A stretch of DNA of 64,000 nucleotides from a virus (Duplodnaviria; Caudoviricetes). Positions within the stretch are counted from its first letter, which is position 1, and every line of letters starts with the position of its first letter. Under the pieces are notes generated by a model. The model saw only the letters and a program-made list of their open reading frames with translations, ran no database searches and was not told where the DNA came from. The position numbers were made by a program, and so were the translations under genes. Location of the stretch: IMG/VR virus record IMGVR_UViG_3300028412_000003. One strand, written 5' to 3'. Below, one piece after another: positions 29,713 through 40,578 of this stretch.

Positions 29713-30603
29713 ATGGCAGTCGGAGATACAATAACCGCGGCGCGGTATAATAATATACAGGCAAGAATAGCAACTGTTCTAGGAATAGGTTCCGGCACAG
29801 ACGGATACGGACAAACATTAAATAGTTCAACAGTTAGTGTCGGTGCAACAGTTACGGCTCAGGATATGCAAAACTTATATGATGATATGGTTGCAGCTCG
29901 TGTGCACCAAAATGGAACTATTCCAACATCAATTGCAAGTATATCAATAGCAGATGTAATAGCAGAGGATGTTTCAACGGATCCAAATGGTGCAGCTAAG
30001 GGATATGCAGATTTCGAATCATTAATGCCAAATATTGAAACAGATAAGTTTCTTGTAGATGTAACTCAAGCATCTCTTGAATCGGCTATTAGTTCAACAA
30101 GGGTATCGGCTTGGAATGGTACATTAACTCATGAATTTAGCATTACCTTTAATAGTGCAGACGATCGCCGGCATTTTTTTAATGCAGGTGGTGAAATAAG
30201 ACTTACTGCATCATTAACTAGTCCATCGGGATCAAAAAGTACAGATTGGGCAACTATGTTGTCAAATATGGGAATAGTTAAATTAGGTTACACAAATACA
30301 ATTTCAACAGGATCAGGAACTGGGTCTGCTATTGGAAATTATGATTTAACTGGTTCTTATCAAAATATTTTTAATAAAACTGGTTCCGGCCTTTACACCG
30401 AAAATGATTATAACGTTCAAGCTAGGGAAGTCTCTCCGAGTGTAATACAGATTAGAGTTCTATTCCAAGATGATGATACGGGAGATCCAGGAACTGACGA
30501 AAATGTAAGTGGAACATTAACTAGTACCATTCAGCAATATCGTGCAACCGGTATATATGTTGAAGTAGATACACCTTCTTACTCAAACGATACCACTCTA
30601 TAA
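29713..30603 (+). CDS. Virion structural protein (putative fibre/baseplate-associated)
   Basis: Thr/Ser/Gly-rich 296-aa ORF at the end of the structural block (MAVGDTITAARYN; F.S.DDRRHFFNAGGEIR). No catalytic motif recognised. Confidence 0.5.
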   Translation: MAVGDTITAARYNNIQARIATVLGIGSGTDGYGQTLNSSTVSVGATVTAQDMQNLYDDMVAARVHQNGTIPTSIASISIADVIAEDVSTDPNGAAKGYADFESLMPNIETDKFLVDVTQASLESAISSTRVSAWNGTLTHEFSITFNSADDRRHFFNAGGEIRLTASLTSPSGSKSTDWATMLSNMGIVKLGYTNTISTGSGTGSAIGNYDLTGSYQNIFNKTGSGLYTENDYNVQAREVSPSVIQIRVLFQDDDTGDPGTDENVSGTLTSTIQQYRATGIYVEVDTPSYSNDTTL

Positions 30604-30614
30604 TACTTTTACGG

Positions 30615-30620
30615 TAAGTA
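30615..30620 (+). promoter_or_regulatory. Possible late-promoter-like element (TAAGTA) at head of the enzyme cluster
   Basis: In the only sizeable gap before the 30-gene cluster, upstream of AGGAGG SD; weaker match. Confidence 0.35.
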
Positions 30621-30639
30621 GTTCAGTAGGAGGTTCCTC

Positions 30640-30987
30640 ATGGACGAAAGACTTGAAAAGGCGTTAGAATTTTCTAACTATACTGTCACTTTAAATAATC
30701 AGATACGATTATTAAGTGAAAAATTTGCAGAAAATAATATCTACTATTACGGCGGTGGACAATTTACTGCCACCGAACAACGTATGACTTTTTGTGATAT
30801 GTTGGTTAATAGAGGACTTGAATCTGTTACGTTAATAGACGATAATGGAACACCAATTGATATAACTGATATTTCCCAGTTTCTTCAAGAAATTATGGAT
30901 CTTTATTTTTCATCAACTAACGAATTTAGAACAGAATATGATAAGCTTCGAAAGAATCGCTCAGTTAAAGGAATAACCGAACTGTGA
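30640..30987 (+). CDS. Hypothetical protein, possibly a tail fibre assembly chaperone
   Basis: 115-aa ORF with AGGAGG SD and TAAGTA element upstream. GGQF.A...LIDDN..P..I.D loosely recalls fibre chaperones; weak. Confidence 0.35.
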   Translation: MDERLEKALEFSNYTVTLNNQIRLLSEKFAENNIYYYGGGQFTATEQRMTFCDMLVNRGLESVTLIDDNGTPIDITDISQFLQEIMDLYFSSTNEFRTEYDKLRKNRSVKGITEL

Positions 30988-31817
30988 GCAAAGGTATATT
31001 AGTTTTTGCTAGGAATAATAGTCAGGTTGATTATGTTAAACAAGCAGTATTTTTGGCAATAAGGGCAAAAGAATATTTAAACTTACCAGTTTCGATAGCA
31101 ACCGATGCAATTGACTATGTTAACACATTTCCAAAAGTTTTTGATCAAATCATTTCTGTTCCGTTTAGAGAAGGCAAATCATTAAAGAGATATCACAATG
31201 GAACACTAGTTCAAAAACAACTTGAATTTAAAAATGATGATAGGGTTAGGGCTTATGACCTAACCCCTTACGACGAAACATTAGTATTAGACACCGACAT
31301 AATAATAGGTGATGACAAATATCTTCATTGCTTTACTCAAATCGAAGATTTGTTGATGTATAAAACAGCATATGACTTGGCAAACTTTCGTGATTATTCA
31401 GAATTTAAATATCTTTATGATGCAGGGATAGATTTCTATTGGGCAACTTGTGTGTTCTTTCGTAAAACTAAAACTAATAAAATCTTTTTTGATCTCCTTC
31501 AACATATACAAGACAACTGGTACCATTACAGAACTATATTCCAAATAAGACAATCTACTTTTAGAAACGACCATGCTTTTAGTATAGGTGTACACATAAT
31601 GAACGGATATCAAAGTGGAAATTTTGCATCAGCTATGCCCGGAAAGTTATTTTACACAGCGGATAGAGATATATTGTGGGAATTAAAGGGCAATCAATAT
31701 TTGTTTCTAATTGAAAAACCAAATTATTTAGGAGAATATACTCCTATCAAATTTAAAGGTACTATACACGTTATGAATAAATTTAGTCTAAGTGATGTGA
31801 TTGATAAGGAAATCTAA
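30984..31817 (+). CDS. GT-A-fold glycosyltransferase-like protein (family A, copy 1)
   Basis: AYDLTPYDETLVLDTD (DxD motif in GT8/GT71-like context), YWATCVFF, RNDHAFSI. Confidence 0.65.
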   Translation: MSKGILVFARNNSQVDYVKQAVFLAIRAKEYLNLPVSIATDAIDYVNTFPKVFDQIISVPFREGKSLKRYHNGTLVQKQLEFKNDDRVRAYDLTPYDETLVLDTDIIIGDDKYLHCFTQIEDLLMYKTAYDLANFRDYSEFKYLYDAGIDFYWATCVFFRKTKTNKIFFDLLQHIQDNWYHYRTIFQIRQSTFRNDHAFSIGVHIMNGYQSGNFASAMPGKLFYTADRDILWELKGNQYLFLIEKPNYLGEYTPIKFKGTIHVMNKFSLSDVIDKEI

Positions 31818-32653
31818 TGAAAGGATATTTGGTATTAGCTCAAAATTCAGAATATGATTATGTCCTCCAAGCATGTTTATTAGCAATGAGTTTGCATGCC
31901 ACAAATCAAGATCCAAAAATTTCTATTGTAACTGATGATGTTGTACCTTCTAAATATGTTAAATATTTTGATCAGATTATTTCAATTCCTTGGGGGGACA
32001 GTGCAATCGACAGCACATGGAAGGTAGAAAACAGATGGAAGTTATATCATGTTAGTCCATATGAAGAAACTATTGTTATGGATACTGATATGCTCGTGCT
32101 ACAAGACCTTACAGCGTGGTGGAATTTTTTAAGCAGTTACAGCGTGTATTTTGTAAGCAACCCCTGTACATACCGCGCACAAACGGTTACAAGCATGTAT
32201 TATCGTGGGGGCTTTGTTGCTAATGACCTCGCTAATTTGTACTCAGGATTTCATTATTTTAAAAAGTGTGATCAAGCTAAATTACTTTATAAATGGATAG
32301 AGTTTATAACACAAAATTGGGAAAGATTTTATGGAGAATTTCATTCTGAAAAATATCCCAATAGAGTATCAATGGATGTAACCGCAGCAATAGCAGCTAA
32401 GATACTTAATATTGAAAATGAAATAATAAATTCGTTAGCAAAATATCCAACTTTTACACATATGAAACCTCATTGTCAAGACTGGCAGTTTCCTAAAGAT
32501 TCGTGGCGCAAAGTTGTTGATGTTCATTTAACTCCTGAACTTGATTTGTTTATAGGTAATTTTAGACAAAGTGGAATTTTTCATTACACAGAAAAAGAAT
32601 TTGTAACAGATAAAATAATTAAAATTTATGAGGATTATTTGAATGAACTTTAA
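31817..32653 (+). CDS. GT-A-fold glycosyltransferase-like protein (family A, copy 2)
   Basis: LYHVSPYEETIVMDTDML (DxD), LYSGFHYFKK, FTHMKP; paralog of 30984. Confidence 0.65.
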   Translation: MKGYLVLAQNSEYDYVLQACLLAMSLHATNQDPKISIVTDDVVPSKYVKYFDQIISIPWGDSAIDSTWKVENRWKLYHVSPYEETIVMDTDMLVLQDLTAWWNFLSSYSVYFVSNPCTYRAQTVTSMYYRGGFVANDLANLYSGFHYFKKCDQAKLLYKWIEFITQNWERFYGEFHSEKYPNRVSMDVTAAIAAKILNIENEIINSLAKYPTFTHMKPHCQDWQFPKDSWRKVVDVHLTPELDLFIGNFRQSGIFHYTEKEFVTDKIIKIYEDYLNEL

Positions 32654-33254
32654 GATAGGGAAATATAAATTAGAACAACGAACAATAGAACCAACTAGTT
32701 TCTATGTCTATTTTGATCCTGCAAAATTAAAAATTGAGAAGATAACAAATTTACCTGCGGAAAATTATGAAGAGATTTCTTTTTTTCTAACTACACATGA
32801 TGTAGTTAAAAACTTTTTAGACGGAACAAGAAAAATCGAAGATGCTAAAATTTCTTTTAATCCAGAATTAAAAGAATTTGAGATTGTAAAACTCAATCAA
32901 AAAGAATTAACAGTACACGATTATATATATGAATTACTTGAGTGTGAGGATGCAGACATTTCTCTCATACTTGATTATTCTAATACATGTTGGAAGATAT
33001 TGCTAAGTGAAAGATTTATGATATCGCTTTCTCTTAATAATGTTATAATCGATTCATTGTTGCAGTTTTCGGTAACAGAAAAAGGAAATCCTAATATACT
33101 TCATAAGATGATAAAAGTTCCTTTTGACCATTTGGGATCGAATAATTATTATATTATTCCGTTTGATTCTCAATTTGAACTTGACAAAACACCGGTTTCA
33201 ATTTACACTATGAAGAAGTTTAATTCGTATTCTTTTGAGGTAATAGATGAGTAA
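32643..33254 (+). CDS. Hypothetical protein
   Basis: 203-aa ORF overlapping both neighbours; no motif recognised. Confidence 0.6.
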   Translation: MNFKIGKYKLEQRTIEPTSFYVYFDPAKLKIEKITNLPAENYEEISFFLTTHDVVKNFLDGTRKIEDAKISFNPELKEFEIVKLNQKELTVHDYIYELLECEDADISLILDYSNTCWKILLSERFMISLSLNNVIIDSLLQFSVTEKGNPNILHKMIKVPFDHLGSNNYYIIPFDSQFELDKTPVSIYTMKKFNSYSFEVIDE

Positions 33255-34170
33255 AAAATTTCGAGTAATAGATTATGACATAATATATCTAAGTTATGAT
33301 GAACCAAATGCTGAAAAAAATTATAATGATTTGTGTCGTAAAGTGCCCTGGGCAAAAAGAGTACACGGAGTAAAAGGGTCTGATGCTGCTCACAAGGCTT
33401 GTGCAGAGTTATCAGAAACCGATCGGTTTATAACAGTAGACGGGGACAATATAATTCGAGCAGACTTTCTTAGCCAAGAGATAGATTTTGAAGAACATCG
33501 AGATTTAGAAAAGTCTGTTATATCTTGGTGCGGAAATAATGTAGTAAATGGATTAATGTATGGCAATGGTGGATTAAAATGTTGGTCAAAGCAATATGTA
33601 TTAGATATGAAGACACACGAAAATGCAGATCAGGATAATCCACATGCACAAGTTGATTTTTGTTGGGACGTAGAGTACATACAAATGAATTCATGTTATT
33701 CGGATGTGTATAATAATTCTACTCCCCATCAGGCATGGAGAGCAGGATTTCGTGAAGGTGTTAAGATGAGTTTAGATCGTGGCATTCGACCTACAAAAGA
33801 AGAATTCTTAAAGAATCACTGGAAGAATTTACATCGGCTTTATATATGGTTAATGGTAGGAAAAGATATAAAGAATGGTAACTGGGCAATAATGGGCGCA
33901 AGACACGGATTATATATGACAATGTGTACTGGTAACAATTGGGATTATATACAGGTAAGAGATTTTGAATATCTTAATGAGTTATGGGAACAAACAAAAA
34001 CAGAATACGAAGTTAATGAGTTTTCAGAAGAATTAGGAAAAATGATAATTAAAGAATTAGAAATTCCTATATCAGCAATTCCTCTAAATTCAGAACAGAG
34101 TTTGTTCTTTAAAGAAGTTTATCAAAATCCAGCTAGGTCGTCAACTCAGCAATTTATAGACAAGGAATAG
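33247..34170 (+). CDS. GT-A-fold glycosyltransferase-like protein (family B, copy 1)
   Basis: YDIIYLSYDEPNAE.NY, AH.ACA..S.TD.FITVDGDN (DxD), YGNGGLK.W, AWRAGFREGVK. Confidence 0.6.
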   Translation: MSKKFRVIDYDIIYLSYDEPNAEKNYNDLCRKVPWAKRVHGVKGSDAAHKACAELSETDRFITVDGDNIIRADFLSQEIDFEEHRDLEKSVISWCGNNVVNGLMYGNGGLKCWSKQYVLDMKTHENADQDNPHAQVDFCWDVEYIQMNSCYSDVYNNSTPHQAWRAGFREGVKMSLDRGIRPTKEEFLKNHWKNLHRLYIWLMVGKDIKNGNWAIMGARHGLYMTMCTGNNWDYIQVRDFEYLNELWEQTKTEYEVNEFSEELGKMIIKELEIPISAIPLNSEQSLFFKEVYQNPARSSTQQFIDKE

Positions 34171-34171
34171 T

Positions 34172-35461
34172 ATGGAATCAAAAACATTTTGCGCAATGCC
34201 TTTTATAGGTATTATGCTCAACACAGATACATTTATACGATTTTGTTGTATAGCTTCTGGTCCAGAAGCTATACTTAGAGACGAAAATGGAAAAAAGTTA
34301 GCAGTTGGAACATCTAGTATTGAGGAAGCCTGGAACAGCGAAAGCATGGTAGAAGTAAGGCGTGCAATGATAGAGGGTAAAAAGGTTACAGCTTGTAGTC
34401 ATTGTTATAAGCAAGAAGATATTGGCAAAACAAGTTTTCGTGAAATGATGACAAACGAATGGAAGCATCGTTTAGGCGAATCATTTTATGATTATGTGCA
34501 AGAAGCTGTCGAAAATGATATGAAGATTAAATTGCCTCCTGTATATTTAGATTTGCGACTAGGTAACCTTTGTAATTTAAAATGTCGTATGTGTAATCCA
34601 TTTAATAGTAGCCAAATTGCTAAAGAACATTTTCCTTTGTATGAACAAGATGAAGGATATAAATCCGTTTGGACTTCTGAATTTGGAAATAATCCAATAC
34701 ATTTAAAAGAAGAAGAAGTTGTTTTTGATAGTAATTTTTTATGGAATGAAATTATAGGAATGATACCTAAGCTTCAAAAAGTTTATATGACAGGTGGAGA
34801 ACCTACTCTTATTAAGAACAATTACAGATTTATGGAAGAGTGTGTTGCAGCAGGATATAACGATCAAATAGAATTATTCTTTAACATCAATTGCACTAAC
34901 GTAACTGATAAATTTCTTGACTTAGTTTCAAAATTTAAAAGTATAAAGATTAATTGCAGTATTGACGGTATAGGATCAGTAAATGATTATATTAGATCTC
35001 CTAGTAATTGGAACAAAGTTGATACTAATTTTAGAAAATTAGCATCCTTGTCTAATGTAAGACTTGGAATGAGTCCAGTAATTCAAGTCTATAATATCTT
35101 AGATTGTCATAACATACTTGAGTATGCTAATCAAGTATCAAAAGAATATAATAAATCTATTAGTGTTGATTTTTTGATAAATGATCATCCAACATATTTA
35201 GATGTAACTATTATACCTTTAGAAATACGAAAAAAAGGAATAGAAAACCTTTTAGCCTTTAAACAACAGAATAAAATTGAAGACCATATAACACAAAATA
35301 GTATAAATGGAATAGTAAATTTATTTGGAAGACCATTGAGAGATAATCACAAAGAGATTTATCAAAATTTTATAACTATGACAAAAGCATTAGACAAATC
35401 AAGGAAAGAAAATTTTACTAATTCTATACCAGATCTAGCAAAGGAGTTAAATTTTGAATAA
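34172..35461 (+). CDS. Radical SAM protein with N-terminal SPASM/twitch domain (#1)
   Basis: CNLKCRMC (CxxxCxxC), YMTGGEP; N-terminal CAMPF...CC...CSHC. Confidence 0.9.
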   Translation: MESKTFCAMPFIGIMLNTDTFIRFCCIASGPEAILRDENGKKLAVGTSSIEEAWNSESMVEVRRAMIEGKKVTACSHCYKQEDIGKTSFREMMTNEWKHRLGESFYDYVQEAVENDMKIKLPPVYLDLRLGNLCNLKCRMCNPFNSSQIAKEHFPLYEQDEGYKSVWTSEFGNNPIHLKEEEVVFDSNFLWNEIIGMIPKLQKVYMTGGEPTLIKNNYRFMEECVAAGYNDQIELFFNINCTNVTDKFLDLVSKFKSIKINCSIDGIGSVNDYIRSPSNWNKVDTNFRKLASLSNVRLGMSPVIQVYNILDCHNILEYANQVSKEYNKSISVDFLINDHPTYLDVTIIPLEIRKKGIENLLAFKQQNKIEDHITQNSINGIVNLFGRPLRDNHKEIYQNFITMTKALDKSRKENFTNSIPDLAKELNFE

Positions 35462-36707
35462 CTCAAAAACTTTTTGCGTTCTACCTTGGACACATATGGC
35501 AACATGGACAGATGGTAGCGCCTTACTTTGTTGTGTAGCAAAGAATAGTCATAAGTTAAATCTTAATGATAACACTGTTTCTGAAATCTGGAATAGTGAT
35601 CATTTTAAAGAAGCCCGTGTTAAGATGTTAAACGGAGAAAAAGTTTCAGCATGTGAATCTTGTTACAAGGAAGAAGCAGTTGGAATTAGAAGCCATCGTA
35701 TAAATGAAAATAATCTATGGATTAAAAAATTAGGGCAAGAAAAGATTGATAGTCTAATTGAAGCAACCGACGTTGACGGAACGTTAAATGAAGATTTAGT
35801 TACGTTAGATTTTAGATTAGGTAATACCTGTAATTTACAATGTGTGATGTGCCGTCCTCAAGATAGCAGTATGTGGTTAAACAATGCTAAAAAACTAAAG
35901 GATATACTTGAAACTGAAGCTAAATGGGATTGGCAACACAAAGCAGACATTGATACAACAAGATTTGATTGGTATAAAAATGAAAAATTATGGGCTGATT
36001 TTAACGGTATGTTTTCTAATATACGCCACATTATATTTGCCGGCGGAGAACCATTATTAATTAAAGAACATCTTCGATTAATAAAAAAATTAGTTGAATC
36101 AGGGCATAGTAAAAATATTGAATTACGTTATCACACAAATGGAACTACATTAACTGAAGAAATAATAGATCTTTGGAAAGAATTTAAGTTTGTTGAATTG
36201 ATGGTAAGTATTGATGCATGGGGAAAACATCATGATTATGTTAGATATCCGGCAGACTGGCAGCAAATAATAACTAATCTAAATAGATTAGATAATACAC
36301 CAGATAATATCGATGTTAAGATTTTAGCAACCATACATGCTATGAATATATATTATATTCCGGATTTTGCAACTGAGTTACTTAAACAGGATTTTAAGAA
36401 GATAGGAAAGTTGCATCATGAAGGGTTGTTTCACGCAGGAACCGTACACTGGCCTCGTTATCTTAATATACAAATCTTCCCACAGTGTATTAAACATAAA
36501 ATAAGAGAAAAATGGGAAAGTTATATCGAGTTAAATAAAAATTACCAATGGACTAGTAAAATTAAAAGTCAATTAGAATTTATGGATTCTGAAGATCATT
36601 CAGATTTGTTCCTTCAATATATTGATTATATTGACAAACTTGACAAAATAAGGCATACAGATTTTAGTAAAGTTTTTCCAGAATTTAAGGATATATTAGA
36701 TGGATGA
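35454..36707 (+). CDS. Radical SAM protein with N-terminal SPASM/twitch domain (#2)
   Basis: CNLQCVMC, FAGGEP; N-terminal CVLPW...CC...CESC. Confidence 0.9.
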   Translation: MNNSKTFCVLPWTHMATWTDGSALLCCVAKNSHKLNLNDNTVSEIWNSDHFKEARVKMLNGEKVSACESCYKEEAVGIRSHRINENNLWIKKLGQEKIDSLIEATDVDGTLNEDLVTLDFRLGNTCNLQCVMCRPQDSSMWLNNAKKLKDILETEAKWDWQHKADIDTTRFDWYKNEKLWADFNGMFSNIRHIIFAGGEPLLIKEHLRLIKKLVESGHSKNIELRYHTNGTTLTEEIIDLWKEFKFVELMVSIDAWGKHHDYVRYPADWQQIITNLNRLDNTPDNIDVKILATIHAMNIYYIPDFATELLKQDFKKIGKLHHEGLFHAGTVHWPRYLNIQIFPQCIKHKIREKWESYIELNKNYQWTSKIKSQLEFMDSEDHSDLFLQYIDYIDKLDKIRHTDFSKVFPEFKDILDG

Positions 36708-38067
36708 ATTAGATAAGTTAAGAAGAGATATATTAGAGAGTGAAACATTCTGTTTTTATCCGTTTCTTGAAGTAAGCACAAGACCAAATGGAGTAGTTTT
36801 TCCATGTTGTTATTGGAATGAAAATGATCATTTATCTTTAGAAAAAAGATTAGATGATAAAAATTCTCTTGATACATTCTGGAACAACAAAAAAGTAATT
36901 GATACTAGAAATAAAATATCAAACGGAACTAAAGTTAAGGGTTGTAAAATATGTTATAGAGATGGTGCATCTAGCATGAGGGCTAGAAGTATAAAGGAGC
37001 ATATAAATGATAGAGATAAATTACAGATAGTAAAAGATACTTTAAACAATGAAGGTGTAGCAAAACATTCACCAAAAAAGATAGAACTTAAACCAAGCAA
37101 TCTTTGTAATTTGAAATGTCTAATTTGCAATGCTTATGATTCTTCTCAGATTGAAAAAGAGTTGTCAGACTTAGATGAAAAGTTTAATGGAATTAAAACA
37201 ATAGGTGGAACATTCTCAAGAATAGTAGGAAATCAGTCTGGTGTGTGGGAAGGTAATGTAGGACAATATGTTTTGAATGCTAATTCTAAATCTAAATGGG
37301 CAGAGTCAGATCGATTCTGGGAAGAATTAAAGATATTGCTACCAAAGATAGAAGTTTTAAGTTTTGCAGGAGGCGAACCAACTCTTAATCCTATAGTCAA
37401 TAAAATACTAACCTATTGTGTTGAAACAAAAATATCTAAAAATATCACCGTTTTTATCAGTAGTAATTTTACCAATCTTAATCCTAAATTTCTTTCAAAT
37501 ATGAATAACTTTAAAAAGTTTGAATTAATTGCTAGTATAGATGGTACAGAAAAGGTACAAGAATATACACGGTTTCCTTCTAATTGGAATAAAATAAAAG
37601 AAAACTTTGAAGAAGCTAAGACCTATATGCAAGGCACGGAAATTAAGATATTAACGAATATAACGGTAAGCATAATGAATATATTTCAATTACATGATTT
37701 GTTTTGGTATATTGATGAACAAAGTAGTAAACATCCTTATTACAACGAATGGCCATTTAATATTAATTTAATTAATTTTCCGGAACAGCAACGCATATCG
37801 ATTATACCTCCGGAATTTAGACAAGAGATAATTGATAATCTTAATCATTATCTTGAAAATGGAGATATCATTAAATTCTTTCCTGATTTAAAGATTAAAA
37901 TTGAAATGTTAATACATGAATTAAATAATGAATGGGACAAAGAAGATTCCGTTTTCCAATTAACTAAATTAAAAACTATGTTGGTTACTTTAGATGAGCA
38001 TAGAAAAGTGTCCTATAAGGATGCAATACCAAAACTAGATGAAATATTTAAGGAATACGTAAAATGA
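36700..38067 (+). CDS. Radical SAM protein with N-terminal SPASM/twitch domain (#3)
   Basis: CNLKCLIC, FAGGEP; N-terminal CFYPF...PCC...CKIC. Confidence 0.9.
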   Translation: MDELDKLRRDILESETFCFYPFLEVSTRPNGVVFPCCYWNENDHLSLEKRLDDKNSLDTFWNNKKVIDTRNKISNGTKVKGCKICYRDGASSMRARSIKEHINDRDKLQIVKDTLNNEGVAKHSPKKIELKPSNLCNLKCLICNAYDSSQIEKELSDLDEKFNGIKTIGGTFSRIVGNQSGVWEGNVGQYVLNANSKSKWAESDRFWEELKILLPKIEVLSFAGGEPTLNPIVNKILTYCVETKISKNITVFISSNFTNLNPKFLSNMNNFKKFELIASIDGTEKVQEYTRFPSNWNKIKENFEEAKTYMQGTEIKILTNITVSIMNIFQLHDLFWYIDEQSSKHPYYNEWPFNINLINFPEQQRISIIPPEFRQEIIDNLNHYLENGDIIKFFPDLKIKIEMLIHELNNEWDKEDSVFQLTKLKTMLVTLDEHRKVSYKDAIPKLDEIFKEYVK

Positions 38068-39047
38068 AAAAACCAGTAACATTAAGTGGAATTGAATATA
38101 CAAAGATTGAGAATAGATCAAATAGTTTGTATCTTACATGGGTGATGAATAATATCTGTACTAATAGTTGTTCTTATTGTCCTGAAGATTTACACACTGG
38201 AAAAAATCATCATTATGAATGGAATCATGCTAAAAAGTTTCTGAAAGATTGCTTCGATCGTTATGGTAAAGTGCAATGTAGCATCTCCGGCGGCGAACCA
38301 ACAGTTAGTCCTTTTTTTAAAGAAATAGTAGATCTTATATACGACAATGGTGGATTGGTAGTATTAACTACCAATTTTGCAAGGTCTGTTTCGTGGTGGA
38401 AAGATGTGGCCCCAAAGATCAGTAGTTTATCATGTAGCTATCATCCAGAGTTTATGCCCACAAAAGAATTTGACGACAGTCTAATTGAGAAAATAACAGA
38501 AGCAGCGAAGGTAACTTGTGTTACGGTTCGAGTGATGATGCATCCAGATTATTGGGATCAATGTATGAATTTTTTTAAACGTATACAAGATTCCGGTATA
38601 GAATGTTCTGCAGAAATTGTCCGTATATTGGACAATTTTGGAATAGGAGAGGCTTTTTGTGTTATTAATTACACCGAAGAACAAGAACGCATCTTACGTG
38701 AAGTAAAACCCTACATAAATTGGCCAAATAACCTTCCGGATACATATCGACATAATGTACTGAATTCTTATTTGATTTCAGAAACTAACGAAATAATGTT
38801 AGATTTCCCGATAGCGTCGGAAATATCTAATACTATGAATAATGACTTTAATGGTTGGAATTGTAAAATTGGACTGGAAAGTCTATTTGTGCATTATGAT
38901 GGAAATGTGCAAAGGGGCAACTGTGGAGTAGGAGGTCATCTTGGCAATATTACCACCAAAATAAACTGGCCGACTGAAAGTATTATCTGTAATAAAACAG
39001 TTTGTCATTGTTTAGCAGACGTATTGATGTCAAAGGAGATAACATGA
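38064..39047 (+). CDS. Radical SAM protein with C-terminal Cys-rich (SPASM/twitch) domain (#4)
   Basis: CTNSCSYC, ISGGEP; C-terminal WNCKIG...GNC...ICNKTVCHC. Confidence 0.9.
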   Translation: MKKPVTLSGIEYTKIENRSNSLYLTWVMNNICTNSCSYCPEDLHTGKNHHYEWNHAKKFLKDCFDRYGKVQCSISGGEPTVSPFFKEIVDLIYDNGGLVVLTTNFARSVSWWKDVAPKISSLSCSYHPEFMPTKEFDDSLIEKITEAAKVTCVTVRVMMHPDYWDQCMNFFKRIQDSGIECSAEIVRILDNFGIGEAFCVINYTEEQERILREVKPYINWPNNLPDTYRHNVLNSYLISETNEIMLDFPIASEISNTMNNDFNGWNCKIGLESLFVHYDGNVQRGNCGVGGHLGNITTKINWPTESIICNKTVCHCLADVLMSKEIT

Positions 39048-39805
39048 CAAAAATATTATTAGTTGCTGGATGTAGTCATTCTAATGGCTCCGAAATAACA
39101 GCACCGGGATCTCATAGAGATCCTAATGATTTAGAAAGATGTTTTGGAAATAAAATTGCACAACGGAATAACATGACAATGGTAAACATTGCATATGCCG
39201 GAGCATCAAATAAATTAATTGAATCTAGTATAGTAAAGAATCTCAATAAGCTAATATCAGAAGGACATAAATCAGAAGATATCATAGTGTTAATTGGATG
39301 GACTAGTCATCCGAGAGAATATGTGGTAGAGAACGGAAAGTATTACGGATTTACTCTTAATCAACATAACATGTCATCGTGGAAAAGATTTGCAACTTTA
39401 AATCTTAGGAAGTTTTATAAAGTATGGTTGAGGTTTGTAAATTATGAATTATTGTCGATTGAACATGTTATTCGACATTTAACAATAACCGGATACCTTA
39501 AGAATAAAGGTATAAAATATTATGCTTTTAACGCAGTTGACAGAATAGTTCCGCCGGCAAACGAATTTGATCCTATTAATTTTTTTAATAATTACAAAAT
39601 AGACGAAGTAGGATATAACGAAATAGAAAAAGATATTTATTATAGAAAACCTTTTTCTTATAATGATTCTTATTTCCAAACTTTAATGCTTGATTATAAA
39701 TTAGATCCAACGGATAATAACCGTTGGTATCATTATGCGGAAAATGGTCATGAGATATGGGCAACCATATTAGAAAAAGAAATGAAGTTACTTGGATTAT
39801 TATGA
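39044..39805 (+). CDS. SGNH/GDSL-like hydrolase or acyltransferase (copy 1)
   Basis: Start refined from 39002 to ATG 39044 (GGAG SD). AGCSHS (block I Ser), NIAYAGASN (block II), terminal HY..NGH..WA. Confidence 0.55.
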   Translation: MTKILLVAGCSHSNGSEITAPGSHRDPNDLERCFGNKIAQRNNMTMVNIAYAGASNKLIESSIVKNLNKLISEGHKSEDIIVLIGWTSHPREYVVENGKYYGFTLNQHNMSSWKRFATLNLRKFYKVWLRFVNYELLSIEHVIRHLTITGYLKNKGIKYYAFNAVDRIVPPANEFDPINFFNNYKIDEVGYNEIEKDIYYRKPFSYNDSYFQTLMLDYKLDPTDNNRWYHYAENGHEIWATILEKEMKLLGLL

Positions 39806-40578
39806 TGAAAATAAAATCATCTTTTTCTAATATAAAATTAAATGATTTAAAAGATCTAACAACACCGGGTCTAAAAAATACTAGACCTGTATTTCTAGGA
39901 AGGTGGGAAGAACATGCAACTACTATTGATAAAAAATGGACTTATTATATAAATGAAATAGGATTTAGAAATTCTTGGCCGGAAAAAATGAAAGATCATA
40001 TTGTTGGAATATATGGATGTAGTAATATCTTTGGTGTTGGAGTTCCAGACGACCTTGTTTGTACTTCTCTATTACAAGAGAAATTTCCCGAAAAAACATT
40101 ATTAAACTTTGGAGTAATGGGCGCTTCTGTCTCGCATATAGCTAGGATATTTCTTATATCTAGTCAACTATTTAAAATTAAAACGGCATTTTTTAGTCTT
40201 CCTAGTATATATAGGATTCTAATGGTAAATGAAGCTGGATATTATAATCTACATCCGGGAACTAATTCCTTAAACAAAGATGGATTAGAAAAAAGAAGAA
40301 AACAATACTATCAATCGATAAACGAAGAAACCTTATTAATGAATTATTTAGACATAGTGGATCATATTATATTAATTGGAAAAGAATTTGGAATTAGGAT
40401 ATATTTTAGTTCATACGAAGAAATAGTACACAAAATATTAATAGAAAATTATAATGACAGTTATATAACAAAACCGATGTATAATAGTAGAAAGGCTACA
40501 GATAATAATCATCCTTGTTATCTTTGTCATAAGGATTATGCAACGATAATTGAAAAGAAATTATTAACTAATGTATGA
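39802..40578 (+). CDS. SGNH/GDSL-like hydrolase or acyltransferase (copy 2)
   Basis: Start refined from 39757 to ATG 39802 (ATGA overlap). YGCSNIFG, NFGVMGAS, DNNHP (block V DxxH). Confidence 0.55.
   Translation: MMKIKSSFSNIKLNDLKDLTTPGLKNTRPVFLGRWEEHATTIDKKWTYYINEIGFRNSWPEKMKDHIVGIYGCSNIFGVGVPDDLVCTSLLQEKFPEKTLLNFGVMGASVSHIARIFLISSQLFKIKTAFFSLPSIYRILMVNEAGYYNLHPGTNSLNKDGLEKRRKQYYQSINEETLLMNYLDIVDHIILIGKEFGIRIYFSSYEEIVHKILIENYNDSYITKPMYNSRKATDNNHPCYLCHKDYATIIEKKLLTNV

Noticed and set aside
1-30603. Bacterial eCIS, tailocin or T6SS locus rather than phage
   Set aside because: T4-like gene order, multiple phage fibres, T4-type late elements and adjoining phage-type early genes favour a lytic jumbo phage; no bacterial housekeeping genes.
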